This document shows, one piece after another, positions 10,069 to 24,542 of a DNA stretch of 64,000 nucleotides (its first letter is position 1; each line of letters opens with the position of its first letter). The translations under genes were made by a program, and so were the position numbers. Origin of the DNA: Tepidisphaera sp. (GTDB lineage: Bacteria > Planctomycetota > Phycisphaerae > Phycisphaerales > UBA1924); NCBI GenBank assembly GCA_050916045.1, contig CP051526.1, positions 3,712,001 to 3,776,000 on the forward strand. Direction: 5' to 3'. The notes under the pieces were generated by a model. That model did no database searches. It worked only from the letters and a program-made list of their open reading frames with translations, and was not told the DNA's origin.

Positions 10069-11658
10069 TCAGCCCCTCGGCCCCGCCGCACGGACCGCAT
10101 CGGGCAGGTCAAACGTCGCGTCGTTGTCGCGGAAGCCCTTGGCGAGCTTCTTCGCCTGCGTGTCATACGCCGCTCCGTCCTTCCACGTGTTCCGCGGGTT
10201 CAGCACCTCGCTCGGCACGCCGGGGACGCTCTGCGGGATGTGAAGCCCGAAGATCGGGTCGGTCGTCGTCGGCACGCTCTTGAGGGACCCGTTGAGCATG
10301 GCCGTGACCATCGCGCGGGTGTACGCGAGCTTGAACCGCGAGCCGGTTCCGTACGCCCCGCCCGTCCAGCCCGTGTTCAAGAGCCAAACGCTGCAGCCGT
10401 GCTCCTTGATCTTCGCCGCGAGCATCTCCGCGTAGACCTTTGGCGGCCGCGGCAGGAACGGAGCCCCGAAGCACGCCGAGAAGTTCGGCTGAGGCTCCGT
10501 GACGCCGGCTTCGGTCCCGGCCAGCTTGCTCGTGTACCCGTTCACGAAGTAGTACATCGCCTGCTCGGGCGTGAGCTTCGAGACCGGCGGGAGCACGCCG
10601 TACGCGTCCGCCGTCAGAAAGACGACGTTCTTGGGGTGGCCGCAGACCGACGGGATCGTCGCGTTGTCGATGAAGTCCACCGGATACGTGACGCGGGAGT
10701 TCTCCGCGATCTTCGACGAGTCGTAGTCCGGCACTCGCGTCTGGTCGTCGATCAGGACGTTCTCAAGCACGCTTCCGAACCGGATCGCGTTCCAGATCTC
10801 CGGCTCGCCCGCTTTCGAAAGCTTGATGCACTTGGCGTAGCACCCGCCCTCGAAATTGAACACGCCCGTGTCCGACCAGCCGTGCTCATCGTCACCGATC
10901 AGGGCCCGGTTCGGATCCGCCGAAAGCGTCGTCTTGCCCGTGCCCGACAGGCCGAAGAAGAGCGCCGCGTTCGTCCCGTCCTTGTCCGTGTTGCACGAGC
11001 AGTGCATCGGGAAGACGTTGACGTCCGGAAGGTCGTAGTTGAGCGCGTAGAAAATGCTCTTCTTCATCTCACCCGCGTACTCGGAGCCGAGGATGACGAC
11101 CGTCTTCTTCTCAAGGCTCTGGAGGATCGCGACCGGCCCGTTCACACCGAGGGCCTTCTGCTCATCCGGCGTCAGGCGGCGACGGCCGGCGTTCAGGATG
11201 GTCCAGTTCTTGCGGAACTCGGTCGCGCCCGCGGCCGAGCGGCTGCCGAGTTTGATGAACAGAGTGCTGGCGAAGAGAGCATGCCACGCCTGCTCGGCGA
11301 TCACCTCGACATGGACCCGCCGCTTGGGATCCGCCCCCGCGTACCCACGGAACCCGTACAGGTGGGGCCGGTTGTTGAGGTGGTCCACGGCGATGCCCAA
11401 AGCCTTGTCGAACGCGTCCGGCTTGACCGGCTGGTTGACCTTGCCCCACCAGATCTTGTCGTGAATCGCGGAGGTGTCCTCGAGAAACTTGTCCTTGGGG
11501 CTGCGGCCCGTCCGGTCTCCCGTCAGGCAGACCAGGGCCCCGTTGGAAGCCAGACGCCCCTCTCCGTTGGCCACCGCCCGCTCGATGAGTTCAGGGCTCG
11601 AAAGGTTCACGTGGAAGCGGTGGGCGGCGAGGTTCAGTCGATCGAGGTGGTTCGACAT
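10069..11658 (-). CDS. pckA: Phosphoenolpyruvate carboxykinase (ATP)
   Basis: TGRSPKDK, YAGEMKK, GLSGTGKTT, LIGDDEHGW, FNFEGGCYAK. Confidence 0.97.
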   Translation of the reverse strand: MSNHLDRLNLAAHRFHVNLSSPELIERAVANGEGRLASNGALVCLTGDRTGRSPKDKFLEDTSAIHDKIWWGKVNQPVKPDAFDKALGIAVDHLNNRPHLYGFRGYAGADPKRRVHVEVIAEQAWHALFASTLFIKLGSRSAAGATEFRKNWTILNAGRRRLTPDEQKALGVNGPVAILQSLEKKTVVILGSEYAGEMKKSIFYALNYDLPDVNVFPMHCSCNTDKDGTNAALFFGLSGTGKTTLSADPNRALIGDDEHGWSDTGVFNFEGGCYAKCIKLSKAGEPEIWNAIRFGSVLENVLIDDQTRVPDYDSSKIAENSRVTYPVDFIDNATIPSVCGHPKNVVFLTADAYGVLPPVSKLTPEQAMYYFVNGYTSKLAGTEAGVTEPQPNFSACFGAPFLPRPPKVYAEMLAAKIKEHGCSVWLLNTGWTGGAYGTGSRFKLAYTRAMVTAMLNGSLKSVPTTTDPIFGLHIPQSVPGVPSEVLNPRNTWKDGAAYDTQAKKLAKGFRDNDATFDLPDAVRAAGPRG

Positions 11659-11818
11659 ACGGATCTGTTCTCCGGAGTGGTGGAACCCCAAGCCTAGCCG
11701 AAAGACCTCGCCGAAACCAGCGGGAACGTTCCACGAGCGTTGCAGGGCGTCCGTGCGCACAAACACCCCCGCGCAGGGCACAACCCCGTAGCCATCAGAC
11801 CTGCAATCTTTGGAAAAG

Positions 11819-11890
11819 AGCCACCTCAGGGATTTGAACCCTGGACCTATGCTTTACGAAAGCATCGCTCTACCGCTGAGCTAAGGTGGC
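11819..11890 (-). tRNA. tRNA-Thr(CGT)
   Basis: Cloverleaf GCCACCT...AGGTGGC; anticodon arm ATGCT-TTCGTAA-AGCAT; T-loop GGTTCAAATCC. Confidence 0.95.
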
Positions 11891-12014
11891 ACTCGCGGGC
11901 CCGGAAGCCCGTCAAGGGTGGAAGTATCGGCACGCCGGGGCCTGATGTCCACTCCACCGCCCCAATCTCAACCAGCACGCGTCGGGATGTGTTAGGGCAG
12001 CCCCGCCAAGCCCG

Positions 12015-13460
12015 TCACGTCGTTATGCGCCCGCTCCAGCCCTTCTCCTTCTGCTTCTCCCCCACCGTCGCCCCCGGCAGAACCACGGCCCGCCCCGAAT
12101 CACTCGCGATGGCCATCCGGGCCCCCGCCGAGCGAAGCTGCGCAAGCTGCCGCTTGCCGATCCGCACCCGGAGCGTCACCGTCTCATCGGTGTAATCCCG
12201 CTCGATCACCTCGCCCCGGTTCTCGATCACGTGCACCGTCCGGCTGTCTGCAAGCGGGATCGTGATTCGAAGCTCCTCGACATCCCCTTGCGCTGCCGCC
12301 CGCGCAAGCTGAATCAGCCGCTCGTGCCCGTCCGCGAACCGCGACGGCTTGCCCGGGTTCGCCAGGTCCTTCGCCGAGATGACGACCGAATCCGGCACCC
12401 TCTGCTGCCAGATCAAAAGCTCGCTGTTGTCCGGAAGGCGATCCGCCTTGTTGAGGAGCAACACCCGCGGCGGCGGCGTGTACCGCTGATTCAGCTTGTC
12501 CTCTCGCTCCTGCACCTCATTGATGAGCTCATCGAGCGTCGACGTCACCGTCCGGTACTGAAGCTCGGCCGCCGGATCCGACACGTCAAGCACGATGAGC
12601 AGCAGATCCGCGTGCGTCGCTTCCTCAAGAGTCGCCCGGAACGCCGCGATCAGGTTCGTCGGCAGATCCCGCACGAATCCGACCGTGTCCGACAGCATGA
12701 CGCCCAGCCCGCCGCCCAGGTCCCACTCCCGCGTACGCGTCATCAGCGTCGCGAACAGCCGGTCGTCCGCGTACGCACCGCCCGCGGTCAGAGCATTGAA
12801 AAGCGTGCTCTTGCCCGCGTTCGTGTACCCCACGATCCCCACGGTCGTGTGCTCAAGCTTGCGGTTCTGCACCTCGCGCCGCTTGCGATCCTGCACCACG
12901 GTGATCTCGCGTTCAAGATCGTTCTTCCGGGCCTGCACCAGCCGTCGGTCGATCTCAAGCTGCTGCTCACCCGGACCACGGCTCCCCACGCCGCCCGTGA
13001 TCCGCTCCAAGTGCGACCACATGGCTTTCAGGCGCGGATACGTGTACTCAAGCTGCGCGAGCTCGATCTGAAGCTTGGCTTCCGCCGATGTCGCGCGCGA
13101 TGCGAAGATGTCCAGGATCAGCTCCGATCGATCGAGCACCTTGCGGAGGGTGGCTTTCTCGATATTGCCGATCTGCTTGGGGCTCAGGCTCTGATCGAAA
13201 ATGATGGTCGTCGCGCCGACCTGGGCGCAGAAGGTCTTGAGCTCTTCCAGCTTGCCCGGTCCCATGAACGTCGCCGCCACGGGCCTCGGAAGGTTCTGCG
13301 CAAGCTCACCCGCCACGGTGCAGCCCGCCTGCTCCGCGAGCGCACGAAGCTCGCCGAACGGGTCGCGACGGTCGAAGTTGGAATCCGGAAGCCGAACCGC
13401 GGCGAGCACCACGCGTTCGGACTGTACTTTGAGTTCTGATCGTTCTTGTTGGATTGGCAT
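12015..13460 (-). CDS. hflX: GTPase HflX
   Basis: GPGEQQLEIDRR, GYTNAGKS, LFATL, DTVGF, NKAD. Confidence 0.96.
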   Translation of the reverse strand: MPIQQERSELKVQSERVVLAAVRLPDSNFDRRDPFGELRALAEQAGCTVAGELAQNLPRPVAATFMGPGKLEELKTFCAQVGATTIIFDQSLSPKQIGNIEKATLRKVLDRSELILDIFASRATSAEAKLQIELAQLEYTYPRLKAMWSHLERITGGVGSRGPGEQQLEIDRRLVQARKNDLEREITVVQDRKRREVQNRKLEHTTVGIVGYTNAGKSTLFNALTAGGAYADDRLFATLMTRTREWDLGGGLGVMLSDTVGFVRDLPTNLIAAFRATLEEATHADLLLIVLDVSDPAAELQYRTVTSTLDELINEVQEREDKLNQRYTPPPRVLLLNKADRLPDNSELLIWQQRVPDSVVISAKDLANPGKPSRFADGHERLIQLARAAAQGDVEELRITIPLADSRTVHVIENRGEVIERDYTDETVTLRVRIGKRQLAQLRSAGARMAIASDSGRAVVLPGATVGEKQKEKGWSGRITT

Positions 13461-13595
13461 AAACGTGTTCCCGAGCTCAGAGCCCGGGTCCAGAGATGGA
13501 CTGTGTTGGAAGCGGAACCCCGCGACCGACGCGGGACGATGAAGCGGTTTGCCGACAACGGTCGCTCGCGATGAACGCGGACCGGCGGAAGCACA

Positions 13596-13616
13596 TCAGA
13601 AAGCGATCAGAATCAT
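13596..13616 (-). promoter_or_regulatory. Putative leader peptide uORF (MILIAF) upstream of hflX
   Basis: ATG ATT CTG ATC GCT TTC TGA, 8 nt after an extended -10 TGcTACAGT (hexamer 13625-13630); hairpins follow before the hflX start. Confidence 0.5.
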
Positions 13617-13783
13617 GGTCAATGACTGTAGCAGCGGTCCGACGCCAGCGCCGTCCCCGCCCCGCCCGCCCGCTCCGCATCCCACCATTCCCCGAACCCC
13701 GGGGGTTCACCCCCCGGAGGAACCAAAAGATGCCGCACGCCGGGATGCCTCCTAGCATTGCCCCCAGTCCCAAAGGCTGAGAT

Positions 13784-13857
13784 GGTGGCCATAGCTCAGT
13801 TGGTAGAGCGCGAGGTTGTGATCCTCGATGTCGCGGGTTCGAGTCCCGTTGGTCACC
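13784..13857 (+). tRNA. tRNA-His(GTG)
   Basis: G-1, GTGGCCA/TGGTCAC stem, anticodon arm CGAGG-TTGTGAT-CCTCG, GGTTCGAGTCC. Confidence 0.95.
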
Positions 13858-13881
13858 CTTCCCCCGAAAATGCAGGATCCT

Positions 13882-15027
13882 CTACGGGCGAGCTTTCTCG
13901 CACGCGACCTGCAATGCGCGAATCGCCGGAAGCGAATCCGGCACGCTCTTGGTCGCCTGCAGGGATGCCGCCGCCGCCTGAGCAAGCTTGCCGATCCCGT
14001 CGTACCCGTAGTTCCCGGCGCTGCCCGCGACCTGAAGCACCACGGCACGGGTCGCTTCGGAATCGCCCCGCTCGGTGCACTTGCCAAGCCGCGACGCGTA
14101 GTCCTTCAACTGATCGACGTACCCATCGACGAGCGCCCGGTTGGGATGGTCCGACGGAAGGGAACTGCCCGACTGACGCCCCGACGCTTCCTTGCCCATG
14201 AACTCCGCGATGGCACGGAGCAGGACCTCCTGACGGAACGGCTTGGCGAGGAACGCCCCGATCCGAAGATCCGCGGGGTTGATCCGCTTGATCGCCGTCG
14301 TATCCGCCGTCACCGCGATCACCGGAAGCTCGATCCCGGCTTCGCGGAGCGTCGCGATGAACCCGCCCTCCTTCGTTCCGGGAGCTCCGAAATCCGCCAC
14401 CACCAGATCGCATCCCTCTTCCACCATCGCCATGCCTTCCTTGGCATCCGATGCCGTGCGAAGCCGCAAGCTCGTCCCCCGCAGATAGTGCGTGATCAGC
14501 TTGCGCTCGGCCTGCGACTCGTCCACGTACACGATCGTGCCCTTGAGCTGCTCGGGATCGACCTTCTCGATCGAGAAGTTGCCCGTGAACGGATCAAGCG
14601 ACACGTACTCGCGAGCCTGGACCTTCTGCGCAAACTTGATCCCAAGCTCGTGCACCACGCCCTTGAGGTGGATGCACCGAACGATCGTTCCCTCGACGTT
14701 CAGCGGTTCCTTCTCAGGGTGCGTGAGCTGCACCACCGCCCGCGTTCCCACGTGCGTGTAGCAGTTGTGAAGCACGCTCATCCCGCCGCACGAGAGGTTC
14801 CGGCACGCCATCTTGAGCGGGATCGGATTGCCGCCCCCGGGCTGGTGAAGCGTCACAAGCACCGCTTCCTTTCGGAAGCCCCACCGCACGAACTCCCGGG
14901 CAGCGTTCGCGCCCTTGCCCGCTGCTTTGTCGACCATGTCCAGAAGCTCCGTCAACGCCTCCTGCTTGAGGCCGACGGTGTTCGGGCGGGTCTCGACGTT
15001 GCTGGACTTGCGGGCTGGGGAACTCAT
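13882..15027 (-). CDS. PilZ + receiver + degenerate HPt signalling protein
   Basis: REFVR and NLSCGG PilZ motifs; YVDES..DLVVADF..VTA..AKP receiver; LQVAGSAGNYGY HPt-like segment. Confidence 0.8.
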   Translation of the reverse strand: MSSPARKSSNVETRPNTVGLKQEALTELLDMVDKAAGKGANAAREFVRWGFRKEAVLVTLHQPGGGNPIPLKMACRNLSCGGMSVLHNCYTHVGTRAVVQLTHPEKEPLNVEGTIVRCIHLKGVVHELGIKFAQKVQAREYVSLDPFTGNFSIEKVDPEQLKGTIVYVDESQAERKLITHYLRGTSLRLRTASDAKEGMAMVEEGCDLVVADFGAPGTKEGGFIATLREAGIELPVIAVTADTTAIKRINPADLRIGAFLAKPFRQEVLLRAIAEFMGKEASGRQSGSSLPSDHPNRALVDGYVDQLKDYASRLGKCTERGDSEATRAVVLQVAGSAGNYGYDGIGKLAQAAAASLQATKSVPDSLPAIRALQVACEKARP

Positions 15028-15194
15028 GACTCTCCTCGGTCGGAACGGTCGTCCGTACCAAGGATCGGCCCAAAGCCCCCGAAGAAGGAGTCTCGCGCGG
15101 CCCAACCGCCAACTCTGCCGCCGAGCGTGCGGGTCGTGATGGTCGAATCAGCGCGGTGCAGGCACGCCCGAGAACATCCGGGCCCGCGGCCCCG

Positions 15195-18101
<2,907 letters not shown>

Positions 18102-18335
18102 TCATAGCACACAGCGGCCTTCTTCGCTTGGCGAGAGCACCCAAAAACGCCCGCGAAATCAGCCTGTTTTCAGCTATTTTCACCCGGCCTCCAAGACCCC
18201 GGGGACAACCCTCGTTCCGGCACGATCCTGGGTCGCTTTTCGGGGTCGCTTTCAAGCCTTTCTTCACGCCGGTGAAGGATGCTTCACCGACACCCCGCCG
18301 GATCCCCCGCGCCCGGGACGCGTACAACATCCCGC

Positions 18336-19364
18336 ATGCCCGCGTCTTCCTCGCAGAGAACTCGGCTTGGCCTCAACCGGCTGCGATGGTCCGCGATCGC
18401 CTGCGCCCTCGTCACCTGCAACGCGCTGGTCGGCTGCGGCTCACCCGGAACATCGGCCGCGGATGAATCGGCTCCTTCCGATCTCGTCGGCGCCAAGCTT
18501 CGCTTGATGATGATCTCCGAGCCGCCAGGACAGCGCACATTCCTGTCCACACGCCTCGGCTCCGTCCTCGGGGGCTTCGCCCGAGGGACCCAGGACGCGA
18601 CGACCTCCGACGACTGGGCCCGCACCCGCGAGCGTTTGCGGCTGGCGGGGCTCCGCGCGGTCGTGGTGCCCCGGGCCGAACTCGAGAACCTCGAGCGGGC
18701 GCTCGACGCCCAACCCGCCGGCGCGGAGCTCTCGCTCTCGCAATCCCCGCGATGGACGCCTGTTGCCGTCGGGTCCCCGCTTCCCGAGCCGGGCGTGGTC
18801 CGGGTTCACGACGGGTTGCTTTCGCTCCCGGGCGGCCGGCTTCGCCTCCTGCTCCGCTGCTATGCCGCGCCTTGGGGCGAAGCGGCGGACGGGGTGGTTC
18901 CCGCCGCGCTCCGCGTCGACCTCGTCCCTCAGCACGAAACAACCGAGCGCCCGCGGTCGGACTTCGCCGCCGCGCTCGAAGGCCCGCGTGTGCGCACGGT
19001 CGAGGATTCCGGCCAGATCCTGACCAGCCTCGCGTTCGAGACCCTGCTCGGGCCCGGCGAGGTGCTCCTCATCATCCCCGAGATCCCCGCGGCCGAATGG
19101 CGCGGGACCCTGGCCGACGGGTCCGAGGCGCCGCCCGACGACCGCGCTGGCGATGCCGGCCCCATCCCCCTCGACCAGCCCGCGCCGCCCGTCCCTCCGG
19201 ACCGGCTTGAATTTGGCGCTGGCCCCAAACCGCCCCGTCCGAAAACCGTCGGCGAGTGGATCCTGACCGACGCTTCAGACCTTTCGGACGCGTCCCGGCG
19301 TCTCATTCTCGTGATCGATCCGATTCTCCCGGCGGAGTTCAGGCTTCTGGCGCCCGCCCGGTGA
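18336..19364 (+). CDS. Hypothetical lipoprotein
   Basis: Lipobox-like LVGC after a hydrophobic stretch; coding-like composition. Confidence 0.6.
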   Translation: MPASSSQRTRLGLNRLRWSAIACALVTCNALVGCGSPGTSAADESAPSDLVGAKLRLMMISEPPGQRTFLSTRLGSVLGGFARGTQDATTSDDWARTRERLRLAGLRAVVVPRAELENLERALDAQPAGAELSLSQSPRWTPVAVGSPLPEPGVVRVHDGLLSLPGGRLRLLLRCYAAPWGEAADGVVPAALRVDLVPQHETTERPRSDFAAALEGPRVRTVEDSGQILTSLAFETLLGPGEVLLIIPEIPAAEWRGTLADGSEAPPDDRAGDAGPIPLDQPAPPVPPDRLEFGAGPKPPRPKTVGEWILTDASDLSDASRRLILVIDPILPAEFRLLAPAR

Positions 19365-19406
19365 TCCAAGCCGAGGGTCGCGGCCCGACGGGCCGATACG
19401 CTCGCC

Positions 19407-20645
19407 GTGCTTCGCGTGCCCATCTCACTCACGGTCCCCGGCATGGTCATGGCCGCGCCCCTTCCGCACCCGCGTCGGCCGGGGACGATCCTGCTCCGTG
19501 CCGGTTTTGAGCTTCAGGACGGCACGATCGGCCGGCTTGAGGAGCTCGGCGTGCGGCACCTGTGGATCCGGTATCCGGGATTGTCGGACCTCTCGCGGTT
19601 CGTGGATCCTCGGATCGAGCGCACGGCGGCGGCGTTGGCCGACACGCTCGAACGGGCGACGGACGCGGTGGTGCAGGACCGGCACGCGCGGCTGGACTAC
19701 GCGGCGTTCCGCGATGCGGCTTCGGCGATGCTCGCGGCCCTCGCGGGCAACCCCGCCGCGGCGTTCCTGCTCGATGAACTGGGCCCGGGGACGTACGAAG
19801 CCCGGCACGCCTCCAACGTCTGCATGACGAGCCTCCTGCTCGGGCTTCGGCTGATCCCCTACGTGGTGCATGAGCGGGCCCGACTGCACCCGACGGTCGC
19901 TCGCGACATCACCGATCTGGGCGTGGGCGCGATGCTCCACGACATCGGCATGCTCCAGCTTCCGCGCGAGGTCCGCGACCGGTTCGCCCAGACGGGAGAC
20001 GAAGCCGACCCGGAGTTCCGCAAGCACACCGAGCTTGGGTTCGCGGTGGTCAAGGACTGGGTCAGCCCGGCTTCCGCTTCGATCGTCCTCAACCACCACC
20101 AGCGGTTCGACGGGAGCGGATTCCCCGGACGAAAGTCGATGACCGGCGACCTGCCCCCGCCCAAGGGCCGGCAGATCCACGTCTTCCACCGGATCGTCGC
20201 CGGAGCCGACCTCCTCGATCGCCTCCGGTATCCGCCGGGCGGCGACTGCGAAGCGTTCCTCCCGACCGTGCGGGCACTGTCGTCGCTGCGACAAGCCCCG
20301 CTCCGCGAGCGGCTTGACCCGCTGATCCTCGCGGCGATCTTCCACTGCGTCCCCGCCTTCGCGCCCGGCACCATGATCACGCTCAGCGATGGTGGGCAAG
20401 CGGCCGTCGTCGACTGGCACCCGATGAACCCGTGCAGGCCGACGGTGCAGCGAATCGAAACCCTCGACCCCGCCGACGCGGACGAAGAGGAACGCATCGA
20501 CCTCCGCAACGCACCGGACCTCTCGATCGCGCTGGTTGGCGAGACGGACGTCCGAGCGGACATCTTCGAGCCCGAGCCTGATGAACTGAGCCTGTCCAAG
20601 CACCTTAAACGCCTCGAGAACCGGGCGGATGACCTCGCGGCTTAG
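19407..20645 (+). CDS. HD-GYP domain c-di-GMP phosphodiesterase-like protein
   Basis: LHDIGM, HHQRFDGSGFP, RIVAGAD, C-terminal RP motif. Confidence 0.88.
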   Translation: MLRVPISLTVPGMVMAAPLPHPRRPGTILLRAGFELQDGTIGRLEELGVRHLWIRYPGLSDLSRFVDPRIERTAAALADTLERATDAVVQDRHARLDYAAFRDAASAMLAALAGNPAAAFLLDELGPGTYEARHASNVCMTSLLLGLRLIPYVVHERARLHPTVARDITDLGVGAMLHDIGMLQLPREVRDRFAQTGDEADPEFRKHTELGFAVVKDWVSPASASIVLNHHQRFDGSGFPGRKSMTGDLPPPKGRQIHVFHRIVAGADLLDRLRYPPGGDCEAFLPTVRALSSLRQAPLRERLDPLILAAIFHCVPAFAPGTMITLSDGGQAAVVDWHPMNPCRPTVQRIETLDPADADEEERIDLRNAPDLSIALVGETDVRADIFEPEPDELSLSKHLKRLENRADDLAA

Positions 20646-21016
20646 AACGCAAGGGTGATGACCAGCGCAACCGCGGCGAAGCAGAGGTGAAACCCGCTCG
20701 CGATGACCACGCTCGCCATCCACGGCACGCGCATCAGAACGTGCACCACCACGGCGATGAGCGACACCGCCATCGCAAACGAAACACCCCAGTGATACAC
20801 CCCGAACACGCCGAAGTACTTCATCGCGAGCGGCACTCCCACCAGTGACGCAACCGAAATGGTCGTCGAAAGAAGCGAAGCCAGCGTGCGGCGGACTTCA
20901 GACGCCTGTGGCGCGAGCATCTCGCAAAGCCCGCCGAGGATGAGATCGCCCACCCAAGCGATCACCTGAGCGATCTTCACAGCAACGTCCGCGATAAACT
21001 CGGCGATCGCCGACAC
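20642..21016 (-). CDS. Small membrane protein
   Basis: Multiple hydrophobic helices; GTG start adjacent to the stop of the upstream gene. Confidence 0.6.
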   Translation of the reverse strand: MSAIAEFIADVAVKIAQVIAWVGDLILGGLCEMLAPQASEVRRTLASLLSTTISVASLVGVPLAMKYFGVFGVYHWGVSFAMAVSLIAVVVHVLMRVPWMASVVIASGFHLCFAAVALVITLAF

Positions 21017-21017
21017 G

Positions 21018-22253
<1,236 letters not shown>

Positions 22254-22374
22254 GTCCGAAGAATAGCAGACCCCGCCTGGGATGAGACGTTACAGTGCCG
22301 GCACCGGCACCCGCTCAACGGATGGCGAATCATGCCGCCGTCGTGTTGCACCATCTCACCGGGACACGTGCACT

Positions 22375-23745
22375 TTACCGCCCCCGCTTGCCCATGTAGT
22401 CGATCACGTCGATCTTCCCAATGACGCCGACGGTCTTCTCCGCATCCACCACGATCGCGACCTGGTCGGTCTCGAAGATGCGGAAAAGCTCCTCGACGCG
22501 GGCTTTGGGATAGATCAGGCCGCCGATGGGCTGGGCGATGGCGGAAACCGGCGTTTCGTTCGTGACGGCGCCGCTCTGCAACCCGCGGAGCACGTCCAGC
22601 TCGTGGACCATCTTGGCGGGGCGTTTGTGAGCGTCGAGGACCGGGATCTGCGAGACGCCAGCTTTGCGCATCATCTCGACGACGGCCCCGAGCTTGTCGG
22701 TCTCGTTGGCGGTCATGACGTTCTGCTGCGGCCGGCCCTTCAGGATGTCCTCAACGGTGCCCAGGTCGTGATCCGACCCGAGGAACCCGTAATCCTTCAT
22801 CCACTGGTCATTGAGGAACTTGGTCGTGTACCGCGTGGCTGAGTCGCACAGGACGGTGACGACCGTCTTGCCCGGCCCGATCTCCTTGGCGATCTGGCAG
22901 GCGATGTGGACGTTGGAGCCGGACGACCCGCCACAGAAGAGCCCTTCCTCGCGGACGAGGCGGCGGGCCATCAGGAACGACTCCTTGTCGTTCACCTGGC
23001 GGAACTCATCGACGACGGAATAGTCCATCGCTTCACACAAGATGTCCTCGCCGATCCCCTCGACCTTGTAGACGTGGGGCGTGGGCATGGTCTTGGTGTA
23101 GTAATAGTGGTAGTGGACCGAGCCGATGGGGTCGACGCCGACGACCTTGACGGGATGCTTGCCCTTCTTGAGGAAGCGACCCACGCCCGAGACCGTGCCG
23201 CCGGTGCCCGAGCCCGCGACGAAGACATCCATCTTCCCCTCGGTCTGCCGCCAGATCTCCGCGCCGGTGGACATTTCGTGGGCATCGATGTTCAGGGGGT
23301 TGTGGTACTGGTTGACGTAGAAGCCCTTCTGCTCGCGAGCGATCCGCTTGGCGGTTTCGACGTAGTGCTGCGGGCTGTCGCCGGGAACGTCCGTCGGCGT
23401 GATCACGACCTCAGCCCCGAAGGCTTTGAGCATGTTCACCTTCTCCAAGCTCATCTTGTCGGGCATGGTGAAGACGCACTTGTACCCCTTGACGGCGGCC
23501 CACATGGCGACGCCTTGGCCGGTGTTGCCGGAGGTGTTCTCGACGATGACCATGCCGGGCTTGATCAGGCCCTTCTTCTCCGATTCGTTCAGGATGTGGA
23601 CCGCCATCCGGTCCTTGATCGACCCAGTGGGGTTCATGTACTCGCACTTGACGAGCACGGTCGCCGAGTTCGCCGGGACCACCTTGTTGAGCTTGACCAG
23701 GGGCGTATTCCCGACCGCATCAAGAACCGAATGAACGTGACCCAC
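22375..23745 (-). CDS. Cystathionine beta-synthase with C-terminal CBS domains
   Basis: NPTGSIKDR, TSGNTG, GTGGT, YKVEGIG; tandem CBS pair; GAGGAG RBS. Confidence 0.92.
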   Translation of the reverse strand: MGHVHSVLDAVGNTPLVKLNKVVPANSATVLVKCEYMNPTGSIKDRMAVHILNESEKKGLIKPGMVIVENTSGNTGQGVAMWAAVKGYKCVFTMPDKMSLEKVNMLKAFGAEVVITPTDVPGDSPQHYVETAKRIAREQKGFYVNQYHNPLNIDAHEMSTGAEIWRQTEGKMDVFVAGSGTGGTVSGVGRFLKKGKHPVKVVGVDPIGSVHYHYYYTKTMPTPHVYKVEGIGEDILCEAMDYSVVDEFRQVNDKESFLMARRLVREEGLFCGGSSGSNVHIACQIAKEIGPGKTVVTVLCDSATRYTTKFLNDQWMKDYGFLGSDHDLGTVEDILKGRPQQNVMTANETDKLGAVVEMMRKAGVSQIPVLDAHKRPAKMVHELDVLRGLQSGAVTNETPVSAIAQPIGGLIYPKARVEELFRIFETDQVAIVVDAEKTVGVIGKIDVIDYMGKRGR

Positions 23746-24080
23746 GGGAAGCTCCTCGAAAAGGCAAGCCGCAATCTCGCGGCGAGGCAGGACCGAAACG
23801 ACCGGACAGGCGGGCAGTTTACGCTGATCAGCCCCCGGAGGGCCGAAAGCGGGCCGACCCGGGTGGGCATACGCGGCCGGAAAATGCCACCCCGGCCCGG
23901 GCGGAGAGCCGCAGATTGCGTCTTTCCGGACCCGCTTGCCGATCCCACCCCCACCGCTCGCAGAACCCCGTTTTCCGCTGAAGCTGACGCCCGTCGTGCA
24001 CTCCGCGTGCGTGCGGGTCGGCGAGGGCCGGAATGTCGCCTTTCTTGCTTGAGGATGACGCGGCCGTCGATCTCTCGTGC

Positions 24081-24527
24081 ATGCCGACCACGAAAAACGT
24101 CCTCAGGCTTGGCGAACTGCTCACCGCTCGCGGCGCCCTCACCAAGGAGCAGGTGGCTGAGATTCTCGACACCCAGAAGCGGCGCGGCCGGCCGTTCGGC
24201 GACCTCGCCGAGCGACTCTTCGGCGTCCGGCCTGAAATCGTCGAGGAAGCCTGGGCCGAGCAGTACGCCCAGATGGCCGACCATGTCGATCCGGCCCGGC
24301 TTCGCCCGGAAGCCGCGGCTTTGCGGTTGATCGAGGGGGAGCAGGCCCGCGAATTCGGCTTGCTTCCGGTCGAGATCAACGGGGACGAGGTGATGGTCTG
24401 CACCACGTCCGACAACCTCGCCCGGGCGCTGCGGTTCGTCGGCTGGAAGATCGGAAAGCCCGCGTACTTCGTCATCGCCGAGGAAACCGCGCTCGAACGG
24501 GCGATTCAGCGGCATTACGCGGCGTAG
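24081..24527 (+). CDS. MshEN/GspE N-terminal domain protein (putative c-di-GMP binding)
   Basis: RLGELLTARGALTKEQVAEILDTQ..RPFG motif; alternative start at 24033. Confidence 0.75.
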   Translation: MPTTKNVLRLGELLTARGALTKEQVAEILDTQKRRGRPFGDLAERLFGVRPEIVEEAWAEQYAQMADHVDPARLRPEAAALRLIEGEQAREFGLLPVEINGDEVMVCTTSDNLARALRFVGWKIGKPAYFVIAEETALERAIQRHYAA

Positions 24528-24542
24528 CACCTACGATGCGGC

